A stretch of 64,000 nucleotides of DNA from Candidatus Woesearchaeota archaeon. GTDB lineage: Archaea > Nanobdellota > Nanobdellia > Tiddalikarchaeales > Tiddalikarchaeaceae. The stretch covers positions 923 through 64,922 of the forward strand of contig CAYWEY010000005.1 of NCBI GenBank assembly GCA_964457955.1. Direction: 5' to 3'. This document shows, one piece after another, positions 1 through 8,850 of this stretch. The notes beneath the pieces are model-generated. The model made no database searches and was not told where the DNA came from. It saw nothing but the letters and a program-made list of their open reading frames with translations. The translations under genes and the position numbers were made by a program. Position 1 is the stretch's first letter, and every line of letters begins with the position of its first letter.

Positions 1-3000
1 CGGCACTCCTTTCTCAGGTTCTTGGAGTATTAATAGTGTGGGCCGTAATGTGGAAAGCACTTCTGTTGGTGATTTTAATCGTAATGGTCTTATTGATTTA
101 GTGGCAAATGATGGTTCTAATCTTTATGTTTTCAGGAATGACGGCACTCCTTTCTCAGGTTCTTGGTTTGAGAATAATGTTGGTCAGACGAATTCGAGTG
201 TTGTTGACTTGTCTTTAGGTGATGTTGATAATGATGGTTTTTTAGATTTTTTAAGTTTAGTTAGTAGTGGTGAAATAGATATTTTCAGGAATGATGGTTC
301 TCCTTTTAGTGGTGAGTGGAGCAATATTTCAATATATAATAATTTTTCATTCAATTCAGTTTCTATTGAAGCAGGAGACTTTGATAATGATGGTGATTTG
401 GATGTTTTGGCAGGAAGCCTTGTTTTAGGCACTAATTCACTGATTAAAATCTTTAAGAATCATGGGATTAATGGAGGGAATGGTCCTTGCTGTGGTGATG
501 ATAGTAGTGTTGAGGATTTCTGGAACAGTTCTCTATATTGTTATCAGGGAAGTATTTTTTCTGATTTAGATTCTTCCACTGGTTTATGTAATAGTAAAGG
601 GAGTATTTACTTCAGCGGAAGCCTTTCAGGAAGCAATGGTCCTTGCTGTGGTGATGATGGCAGTAGTGATGTCTTTTATAATTCAAGCTATTTATGTAGT
701 TATGGTGGATTAGTTTTTGATGAGGATGCTTTATACACTGAAGATAAGTATGGTGATAATATTAATTATTCTAGTGGTAAAGGTGTGTGTGAATTGAAAG
801 GAAATACTTGGATGGAGGGAAATATTTCTTTACGTGATGCTGCACAATATTTTGCTGGTGATGATCCTATTGATATAGCTCTCGGTGATTTAAATAATGA
901 TGAAATATTAGATATTGTTGCAACAAACGAAGGGATAGATAATGTTAGTATATTATTAGGTGTTGGTGACGGCACTTTCGGCAGTAATACAACTCTTGCT
1001 ACTGGTGAAACTCCTCTTAGTGTTGCTCTAGGTGATTTAAATAATGATGGAGATTTAGATATTATTACAGCAAATAAATATTCTCATGATGTTAGTGTAT
1101 TCTTAGGGAATGGTGACGGAACTTTTGCCAGTAATGTTAGTTATTTCTTATATAAAAACGGTTTTGATAGTGTCCAACCAACAGATGTGACTCTCGGAGA
1201 TGTTGATAATGATGGAGATTTAGATATAGTGGTTGCTTCAGGAGAATTTAATTATGATTTTGGAGTATTATTAGGTGTTGGTGACGGCACTTTCGGCAAT
1301 GTCACTTACTACGGTGCGGGTAATTGGCCTAAAAAGATTAGTTTAGGTGATGTTGATAATGATGGAAACTTGGATGCACTAATCCAGCATGGTTGGTCTA
1401 ACAAAATAGGATTAATATTTGGTTATGGTAATGGAGAGTTTGGGGAATTCAGAACAATTCATGACGAAAAAAAATTCTTTGATTCAACTCTCGGTGATTT
1501 GAATAATGATGGAAACTTGGACATAATATATTACTCTTACGATGACGAAATCGATGCATTTTTAGGATATGGCAACGGTTCATTCTATGATTCAAATAAT
1601 CCTTTTATCAAAAACTATATTAATTACTTAAAGGTTGGTGATATGGACAATGATGGAAACATAGATGTGGTTTTAACAAGTAATTATAATGATGAAGTTA
1701 GTATATTATTAGGAGGGGGGGATGGGAGTTTTGTAAATATTATTTCTTTTCCAGCAGATACTCCTGGTGAGATTGCTTTAGGAGATCTTGAAAACGATGG
1801 TGATATTGATATTGTGGTCTCTAATGGTTCCCACCCCACATATTATTTTAATTCATTGTTAAATGAATTAATTTCAGGAAATAACGGTCCATGCTGTGGT
1901 GATGACGGTGCGGATGATGATTTCTGGAATAGTTCTCATTATTGCGTTGATGGGAGTATAGAAGATAGTTGTGGAGATGGAACCTGTCAGTCATGGGAAT
2001 CCAGCAGCACCTGCTCTGATGATTGTAATGCTTGGCAGTTATTGAGGTATGATTCCAATAATACAGGTTATAGTTATGAAGTTACTTTCCCGGAACAATC
2101 AGGAATTTTTGAAGTTAAGAACTTTACTGATGTTGATTATTCCGGATATAGTGGAAGGTCATCATCTCCCAGAGTAGCTGAATTATCAGGAGATGATTAT
2201 CCGGACATTGTTCTTTTCAGTGGGCATACAGGACTCAAATCATATTATGGGAACAATGATTCTTTGTATTGGGAGAATGATTCAATTTCATCTTCTGCAA
2301 TAGATAATACAATTTTTTCGGAAGCACCTATTGCTTTAGGAGATATTGATAATGATGGTTTGAATGAAGTAGTTGTTTACGGCAATGTTGGAGTTTATGT
2401 TTTTAATAATGATGGTTCGTACAAATGGTTCACCAGTTTTGATGGAAATAGTTCAACAAACAATCTTCAAATAAGAGATTTGGATAATAATAATATTAAT
2501 GATATCCTTATTGGTTTCACTTATTCTTCAGGAGATTATACTTCTCTTACAGCACTAAAAGGAAGTGATGGGTCTATAATATGGGAGTATCATCCCAACG
2601 ACGGCGAACATAATTATGAAATGTACTCAACCCCTGCAGTTGCTGACATCGATAATGATGGACAAGTTGAAGTAATTTTTGGCTCAGATTATAATAAAAT
2701 TCATTGTTTATCAGGCAATAATGGTGATGAAGAATGGGTGTTTAACACAAATGATGTTGTTCGTTCCTCTCCAGGAATTAATGATTTGAATGATGACGGT
2801 TATCCGGATGTTATTTTCGGATGTAATGATTCTAAAGTTTATGCAGTCAGTGGCAGTGATCATTCTGAAATATGGAATTATCCTGTTTCAGAAGGAGTTC
2901 CTGAAAGGAATATTGCTTTAGGAGATGTTGATAATGATGACAGTATGGATGTTGTTTTTGTATCAAGCGATGATAAAGTGAGAGCAATAAATGATTTAGG

Positions 3001-3310
3001 AAATTTATTATGGGATCACCAATTATCAAATGTGAGAACAGGAATCAATCAATGCTCCTCTCCTTCAATAGGTGATGTTGATGGTGATGGAGTTAATGAA
3101 ATCATTGTATCATTTGTTGAAGAATCATCGGAGGATATTCGTGTCGTAATACTGGACGGAGAAACTGGTTTGGAGGAGGACAATATATTGTACCAGCATT
3201 CAGGAGCAGGAATTTCAGGAATTTATCAACCAGGAGATTCTATAAACCTTGCAGATGTTGATGGTGATGGAGTGGTTGAAATAATATTCTCAGCAAGCAA
3301 TCTAGTATAA
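1..3310 (+). CDS. Large surface protein, 5'-truncated by the window: FG-GAP/VCBS beta-propeller repeats interleaved with Cys-rich CCGDD repeats
   Basis: Frame is open from position 2 (GTPFSGSWSINSVGRN), so the GTG at 38 is not the true start. Many GD(L/V)(D/N)NDGxxD motifs and three NGPCCGDD motifs. Confidence 0.85.
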   Translation, partial: GTPFSGSWSINSVGRNVESTSVGDFNRNGLIDLVANDGSNLYVFRNDGTPFSGSWFENNVGQTNSSVVDLSLGDVDNDGFLDFLSLVSSGEIDIFRNDGSPFSGEWSNISIYNNFSFNSVSIEAGDFDNDGDLDVLAGSLVLGTNSLIKIFKNHGINGGNGPCCGDDSSVEDFWNSSLYCYQGSIFSDLDSSTGLCNSKGSIYFSGSLSGSNGPCCGDDGSSDVFYNSSYLCSYGGLVFDEDALYTEDKYGDNINYSSGKGVCELKGNTWMEGNISLRDAAQYFAGDDPIDIALGDLNNDEILDIVATNEGIDNVSILLGVGDGTFGSNTTLATGETPLSVALGDLNNDGDLDIITANKYSHDVSVFLGNGDGTFASNVSYFLYKNGFDSVQPTDVTLGDVDNDGDLDIVVASGEFNYDFGVLLGVGDGTFGNVTYYGAGNWPKKISLGDVDNDGNLDALIQHGWSNKIGLIFGYGNGEFGEFRTIHDEKKFFDSTLGDLNNDGNLDIIYYSYDDEIDAFLGYGNGSFYDSNNPFIKNYINYLKVGDMDNDGNIDVVLTSNYNDEVSILLGGGDGSFVNIISFPADTPGEIALGDLENDGDIDIVVSNGSHPTYYFNSLLNELISGNNGPCCGDDGADDDFWNSSHYCVDGSIEDSCGDGTCQSWESSSTCSDDCNAWQLLRYDSNNTGYSYEVTFPEQSGIFEVKNFTDVDYSGYSGRSSSPRVAELSGDDYPDIVLFSGHTGLKSYYGNNDSLYWENDSISSSAIDNTIFSEAPIALGDIDNDGLNEVVVYGNVGVYVFNNDGSYKWFTSFDGNSSTNNLQIRDLDNNNINDILIGFTYSSGDYTSLTALKGSDGSIIWEYHPNDGEHNYEMYSTPAVADIDNDGQVEVIFGSDYNKIHCLSGNNGDEEWVFNTNDVVRSSPGINDLNDDGYPDVIFGCNDSKVYAVSGSDHSEIWNYPVSEGVPERNIALGDVDNDDSMDVVFVSSDDKVRAINDLGNLLWDHQLSNVRTGINQCSSPSIGDVDGDGVNEIIVSFVEESSEDIRVVILDGETGLEEDNILYQHSGAGISGIYQPGDSINLADVDGDGVVEIIFSASNLV

Positions 3311-3418
3311 AAAAAAATATTGGGAAGCAGGATAAGACTTTTTGAATTCTAACTAAGAAGATGGAAATATATAATAAGCACAACTTTTTTAAACTCTATT
3401 ATTATTTCATTAATAATT

Positions 3419-3625
3419 ATGGGCAGAGTAAGAAATACGTGGGTAAGAAGAAATGTGGAGAAAATAATGGATAGGTTCGGAGACGAGTTCACAAAAGATT
3501 TTGAGAAAAATAAGGAAATACTTAAAGAGAAGACAAAAACTTATTCAAAAAAAGTCAGGAATCGAATGGCAGGATACATTACTAAGATAAAGAAAGAAGG
3601 AATAATACTTAAAAAAGTAGAATAA
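3419..3625 (+). CDS. rps17e: 30S ribosomal protein S17e
   Basis: MGRVR...F(T)KDFEKNK...SKKVRNRMAGYIT signature; 68 aa. Confidence 0.95.
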   Translation: MGRVRNTWVRRNVEKIMDRFGDEFTKDFEKNKEILKEKTKTYSKKVRNRMAGYITKIKKEGIILKKVE

Positions 3626-3627
3626 GA

Positions 3628-6471
3628 CTATTCAATAAAAATACCTGGCTTGTTGGGAAGAGCATTTTTCGACTTCTTATTACTTGAATCTTCAGATTTA
3701 ATAATACTTATTTCGCAATTGAACTTTTTCCTGAAGAACTCATTCATATTCCTTAAAGCACTGAGTTCTTTATTCTGGGAATAAATCTTGTCAGGAATCT
3801 TGCCTACATCTTTAACAACGATTTCAACAATACCGACAGTACTCTTGCCATGCTTCTTGAACTCGTCTTTTTTCATCACTTCTTTGAGAATTTTGTTGAA
3901 CTCTTTCTCTTTCTTCATAATATTCTTCAATTCTTTGAACAAAGAATGCTTCCACTTCTCGCTTACAAAAATCTTTATTTTCTCAGGCTCTTTACCAACG
4001 AGTTTGATAATATTATTCGTGTCGCGCACAACATTATTATATAATTCAACAAAGAACTCGCTCTCCTCATCCACCCTATTCTCATCATATTCTGGGAAGC
4101 TTAGTTCATGAACAAGACGATCCTCACCAAGAACTGCATTAATCTCTTCACAAGTGTGGGGTATGAAAGGAACATTAATCCTTGAGAAAACACTGTAAGC
4201 ATAATTAATAGTTTCTTTATTAGGAACTTTTTTATGACTCAAGTAAACATTAATATTTTTTAATAAGCCGTGAAAACTATGCTTCAAAGCACTCCTGTTA
4301 AGCATATTCTTCAAAAGACTATTAGTCTTCTTAATCCTCTTCTGAATACGGGAATACAACCACTTGTCAAAAACGTCTTTTTCACCTTCAACACTCTCTA
4401 AGTCCTTAACTCTCTCAATTAAAGCTTCTAATTTCCTTTTGAAATTCTCAGCAGACTTGGTCTGAAAATCAGCATCATCAATACCTTCAGCAGTGTCAAA
4501 AAAAGCAAGACGAGTCGCGTCACACCCGTACTTATTAATAGCTTCGCGCAATGAAACAAAATTACCCTTACTCTTACTCATCTTCATACCATCAAGAGTA
4601 ACCCAACCATTTGCACCAATAGCTCGCGGCCAGAATTCTTCATCCCAGAACGCAACATGATTATAAATGAAGAAAACAAGATGATTAGTCAATAAGTCCT
4701 TCCCACTATTCCTCAAATCAACAGGATAAAAATACAATAATTCATCACGAACCTTTTTCAGCAAGTCAGCACTAACTTTTGTCTTCTCACTGACTTCCTT
4801 AACACTACCTTCTCCGAGCAGCACATAGTTAAAGAATTCAGGACTCATATTCTCACTGCTTATATCACCATGATTAACGTACTTGCTGATAATATAATAA
4901 CTCATATAAATAGTACTATCACTCAAGCATTCAATAGTGTACTCAGGAGCCCACGGTAATGGTGTCCCAAGCCCGCTCTTGCGAGCGCAAGCCTTATCCT
5001 TCAAATTATTAATCATGTTACGCATAACATTAACAGCTTCACCAGGATAAACAGTCATATCTTCAAGACACTTAAGTGCTTTCTTCTTCCAATCCTCATC
5101 ACTATAAGCAATGAACCACTGGTCCTTAATTATTTTAACAACAGCAGGAGTCAAACACCTGCAAATAACAGGCTCACTCATCTCATAAAGAAGACTCGCT
5201 TCACCTTTCTCCACCATCTCTTCCTTGACATCATCCTTAACATCCCTGACTTTCTTGCCAGCATACTCTCCGCAATTATTATTCATAACTCCTTTATGAA
5301 AACCAATTTTGTAAACATGCTTAGTGGCTTTTTCAAGCTTGTTCTTGTCAAGAGTACTTATTCCCCTCTCTTCACAAACCTTAACACCCGCCTTATCACC
5401 AAGTTCAGGTGTCTTAATAATAGGAATGACTTCAATACTCCTCACTTCATCATAATCCAGTCCGTACTTCTCGCAAGCCTCCTTGCTCTCCTGCAATATT
5501 TTGAGACTAATCCAGTCAAAAGGAGCGTCACTCGGAACACTAGTCACAATCCCTGTTCCAACACCTGCTTCGCAGTGAAAACTCGGAAGAATAATAATTT
5601 CTTTACCAATCATAGGTGCCTTACAATACTTACTTATTAAATCCTCACCCTTAACTTTCCCAATTATTTCAACATCATCCTTCTGCCAACCTAGTTTTTC
5701 AGCACACTCTTCAGAAATTATCCAGACTTCGTCATCAACCTCGGCGCGCACATACATAATATCAGGATGAACCCACAAATTAGTCTGTCCATAAACAGTT
5801 TCAGGACGCAGTGTAGCAGCAACTAAGAATTCATCCCCGAACTCAAACTTCAACAAGACGTATTCTTCAATAGTAGCATTCTCACCTTCTTTCCGGTCAT
5901 GACTCCCGCTCGGACTCTCGCACTCAGGGCAGAAAATAACGGGATGAGTTCCTTTCTTAACCAAACCCATCTCTCTAAGTTTAAGAAACTGCCATGTAAC
6001 GAACTTATTATACTCAGGATTAAGCTTGGTTGTGTGAAAACTCCTCCTCCAGTCAATACTTAATCCAAAATCTTTCAAATCCTTCTTCCATTCATTAATA
6101 AAATACTTGATAATATACTCAGGATTCTTGAACTTCTTAACAGCCTCTTCCTTAATCCCTATCTTCTTAAGACTATTAATCTGTGACTCATCACCTTTCT
6201 TAACGCGTTTAGCAGCACCAACAATAGGTTCGCCAGTAGCATGAAAACCCATGGGGAAAAGACTGTTATAACCCAGCATCATGTAAAAACGACTCATCAT
6301 ATCCGTTCTTAAAATACTGTAAGCATGCCCTACATGAGGACTCAAGTTAATGTAGGGATAAGGAAAAGTGACAAAATACTTATCTTTATCTTTTTCAACC
6401 TCTGCTTCAAAAACCTTACTATCCTCCCATTCTCTCTGCCACTTCTTCTCAACTTCATGAATATTAGTCAT
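3628..6471 (-). CDS. leuS: Leucine--tRNA ligase (archaeal type)
   Basis: FPYPY..HVGH (HIGH), ATLRPET, GTGIVTSVPSDAPFD editing motif, KMSKS, C-terminal ALPNKPGIFIE. Confidence 0.97.
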   Translation of the reverse strand: MTNIHEVEKKWQREWEDSKVFEAEVEKDKDKYFVTFPYPYINLSPHVGHAYSILRTDMMSRFYMMLGYNSLFPMGFHATGEPIVGAAKRVKKGDESQINSLKKIGIKEEAVKKFKNPEYIIKYFINEWKKDLKDFGLSIDWRRSFHTTKLNPEYNKFVTWQFLKLREMGLVKKGTHPVIFCPECESPSGSHDRKEGENATIEEYVLLKFEFGDEFLVAATLRPETVYGQTNLWVHPDIMYVRAEVDDEVWIISEECAEKLGWQKDDVEIIGKVKGEDLISKYCKAPMIGKEIIILPSFHCEAGVGTGIVTSVPSDAPFDWISLKILQESKEACEKYGLDYDEVRSIEVIPIIKTPELGDKAGVKVCEERGISTLDKNKLEKATKHVYKIGFHKGVMNNNCGEYAGKKVRDVKDDVKEEMVEKGEASLLYEMSEPVICRCLTPAVVKIIKDQWFIAYSDEDWKKKALKCLEDMTVYPGEAVNVMRNMINNLKDKACARKSGLGTPLPWAPEYTIECLSDSTIYMSYYIISKYVNHGDISSENMSPEFFNYVLLGEGSVKEVSEKTKVSADLLKKVRDELLYFYPVDLRNSGKDLLTNHLVFFIYNHVAFWDEEFWPRAIGANGWVTLDGMKMSKSKGNFVSLREAINKYGCDATRLAFFDTAEGIDDADFQTKSAENFKRKLEALIERVKDLESVEGEKDVFDKWLYSRIQKRIKKTNSLLKNMLNRSALKHSFHGLLKNINVYLSHKKVPNKETINYAYSVFSRINVPFIPHTCEEINAVLGEDRLVHELSFPEYDENRVDEESEFFVELYNNVVRDTNNIIKLVGKEPEKIKIFVSEKWKHSLFKELKNIMKKEKEFNKILKEVMKKDEFKKHGKSTVGIVEIVVKDVGKIPDKIYSQNKELSALRNMNEFFRKKFNCEISIIKSEDSSNKKSKNALPNKPGIFIE

Positions 6472-6518
6472 TGTTTAAGAATCAAATAATTAATAGTTTT
6501 TTATTAATTTTTTTATTT

Positions 6519-7058
6519 CTAGAAAAAAAAGTCAGGAGTGTAAAGAATCAATCTCCCATTAATAATCCTATTCTCCTCCCTGCACTCCCCGCAAGTTAAT
6601 AATTCCAAATCACCTTCTTCAGTAGTGTACAAGTGATGTATTCCTAAATCATGAGTTCCATGCTCTTTTATGAACTCATTCCTCTCTTTCTGAGATTTTT
6701 TATTACAATCACTGCAGACAATAGAATGATACTCTCCCACTGATGTAGGAGTTGTTTCAAAATATACTTCATGCTTTTCATGACTCTTTATGAAATCATT
6801 AATAATTTTTTTACCAAATCTTTCATAAAAACTCTTTATTTTATTGCTTGTTTCAAGGACTTTAATATTCTCTTTCCCACCAATATAATAAAACACTCTT
6901 TCGCCACCATTATCCAGATAAGTTCTTATATAAGTGAATCCGCCTATTAATGTTTCAGGAGGATGCCCGATTTCTTCAACAGTCTTTTTATAAAAATCAC
7001 TAATAATACTGTCCAAATCCTGCCTGAATTCTTTCTTCAAAAAATCTCTGAAACTCAT
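6519..7058 (-). CDS. Hypothetical protein with two HxxH...CxxC modules
   Basis: 179-aa ORF; HEKH...CSDC and HGTH...CGEC. Confidence 0.6.
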   Translation of the reverse strand: MSFRDFLKKEFRQDLDSIISDFYKKTVEEIGHPPETLIGGFTYIRTYLDNGGERVFYYIGGKENIKVLETSNKIKSFYERFGKKIINDFIKSHEKHEVYFETTPTSVGEYHSIVCSDCNKKSQKERNEFIKEHGTHDLGIHHLYTTEEGDLELLTCGECREENRIINGRLILYTPDFFF

Positions 7059-7125
7059 AATAATATTATGTTCCTTATTGTTTCAAAAACTTTTTTAAAC
7101 ACGAAAAAGGAGTAAATATAATTAA

Positions 7126-7243
7126 GGGGCTGTAGTCTAATCTGGAAGGGCAGCTGGCTCCAGCATAAATTGGTGGAGCGCTGAGGCGTTACACATGCCT
7201 GTGAAGAAACCAGCTAATCGGGGTTCAAATCCTCGCAGCCCCA
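7126..7243 (+). tRNA. tRNA-Trp(CCA) with a 45-nt intron at position 37/38 (7164-7208)
   Basis: Acceptor GGGGCTG/CAGCCCC, anticodon stem GCTGG/CCAGC, loop CT-CCA-G|A, T loop GGTTCAAATCC; bulge-helix-bulge can be drawn; CCA end not encoded. Confidence 0.93.
7164..7208 (+). ncRNA. Intron-encoded box C/D half-guide (D'/C') for Cm34 of tRNA-Trp
   Basis: TGGAGC (7174-7179) is complementary to GCTCCA; then CTGA (7181-7184), hairpin GGCGT/ATGCC and GTGAAGA (7201-7207). The D+5 rule lands on C34. Confidence 0.75.
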
Positions 7244-7492
7244 TTTCTATATTAATCCAATTTGCTATCTTGACATAATACTCATGTGATTTCAGGAATA
7301 CTGGTTTCTGTCACTTCAGCACTTTTTTTTTTATATCAATATTATTAGGGCTTCCCGGAGAATCCGTTATTAAACTCACAAGTCTTGCAAACATGTTAGT
7401 TGATTCTTATGTTATTAAGAAGACTAATGAAAAACTAAGATGGTTCTGAAATCCCAAAAAGTTTTAAAACAATTCCGTAATAAAATTTTTGT

Positions 7493-7966
7493 ATGAGAGT
7501 TTCACACTTAATCAAGCCGAGAACAATATTCTTAATCACCAGCCACGCAGAAGGCGAGGACAACGTGGCAACTTTCAGTTTTGTAATGCCTGTAAGTTTC
7601 AGCCCGAAAATAGTGTGCTTCAGCATAGCACCTTCAAGACACACTTATTCTCTTTTGAAAAAGAACAAGGAATGCGTTCTTAATATTGTAACTCCTGAAA
7701 TGGAAGATATTATGTGGTACTGCGGAACACACACTGGCAGAGAAGAAGATAAGTTCAAAGAAAAAAATATAGATACGGAAAAGAGTGATGAAGTTAAGCC
7801 GTTGAGAATAAAGAAGAGTCCGGTACAAATAGGATGCAGGATAAAGGAATTCTTAAAATCAGGAGACCACACACTAGTATTATGCAAAGTTGTTGAAGAA
7901 CATGTTAAGAAACAAGAGTATGAGACAATGATGCATATTAGTGGGAAGGAGACTATAATAGTATGA
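7493..7966 (+). CDS. Flavin reductase family protein (DIM6/NTAB-like)
   Basis: DNVATFSFVMPVSFSP, CGTHTGREEDKF, GDHTL motifs. Confidence 0.88.
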   Translation: MRVSHLIKPRTIFLITSHAEGEDNVATFSFVMPVSFSPKIVCFSIAPSRHTYSLLKKNKECVLNIVTPEMEDIMWYCGTHTGREEDKFKEKNIDTEKSDEVKPLRIKKSPVQIGCRIKEFLKSGDHTLVLCKVVEEHVKKQEYETMMHISGKETIIV

Positions 7967-8571
7967 GCTCAATATTTTACAAACACTCTTTATTGTACAA
8001 TACTTTCTTAAGAATGATACACGGAAAAAAACTAAAAGAAAGGTACAAAAAAGTTTCAGAACTGGTTGGAAAAAACAAGAGAGTTCTTGACCTGGCATGC
8101 GGCACTTCTAAAATAATTGAATACTTGGATGATTCATGCAGTTATGAAGGATGGGATTTGAACAAATCATTCATTAACTATTCAAAAAAGAAAGGATTAA
8201 GCGTTAAATTAAAAAATGTTCTTGATTTTCAGGATTATCCTGAAAATGATGTAATATTAATAATTGACTTCTTACACCACATATGTCCTGACCACGACGA
8301 ATTAGTTGATAAAGTAATTGAAAAAACCAGGAAACTAATAATTGTTGAACCATACACTGCTTTAAACCCCTTGTACAAATCCAAATTTTTTAAAAAACTC
8401 ATAATTCCTATTAATATCTTATTTGGCGATTATGATGGCATAAATTCTCCGGAAAAACTTAATAAATGGAGTTATGAAGAAAAAAGTTTAAAAAAATTTT
8501 TCAGAAAAAAAGGAGCTGAAAAAATAATTAATTCAGGAATGGATTTGATTGCAGTGATAAACAATGAGTGA
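7963..8571 (+). CDS. Class I SAM-dependent methyltransferase
   Basis: VLDLACGT motif I, YEGWD, DFLHH, IIVEP; ATGA overlap with the upstream gene. Confidence 0.85.
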   Translation: MSSIFYKHSLLYNTFLRMIHGKKLKERYKKVSELVGKNKRVLDLACGTSKIIEYLDDSCSYEGWDLNKSFINYSKKKGLSVKLKNVLDFQDYPENDVILIIDFLHHICPDHDELVDKVIEKTRKLIIVEPYTALNPLYKSKFFKKLIIPINILFGDYDGINSPEKLNKWSYEEKSLKKFFRKKGAEKIINSGMDLIAVINNE

Positions 8572-8770
8572 ATGGATGAGTGCTGTGAAAAAAAAATTCT
8601 TGGAACTAGTATTGAAATACTTGGATTATAATAAGTATTTGAAGAATTTGGAGAAACTATGCCTGCAGGTTATTAATGAAATGGGGGGGGATTTAAAATA
8701 TCAGGATGGAAGCTTAGGACAAAAGTTCAGAAAACTTTATAATAAACAAAGAATAATAGTTTGGTTATGA
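8564..8770 (+). CDS. Small hypothetical protein (doubtful; possibly a gene remnant)
   Basis: 68-aa ORF overlapping the methyltransferase stop; no recognisable motif. Confidence 0.3.
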   Translation: MSEWMSAVKKKFLELVLKYLDYNKYLKNLEKLCLQVINEMGGDLKYQDGSLGQKFRKLYNKQRIIVWL

Positions 8771-8850
8771 ATCGTGGTGAATGTCCCACACGCTTGTAAA
8801 AACTTTTTCTATTTAATAAAATTTAAAACTAACAAGGAGGTAATAGTTTT

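Noticed and set aside
7090..7126. Leaderless tRNA transcription as in Nanoarchaeum equitans
   Set aside because: TATA spacing for both tRNAs suggests short leaders of a few nucleotides; this cannot be decided from sequence alone.
7244..7450. Possible degraded membrane-protein gene or integrated element downstream of tRNA-Trp
   Set aside because: Hydrophobic fragments exist around a T run but match no family I recognise, and no duplicated tRNA 3' end was found.
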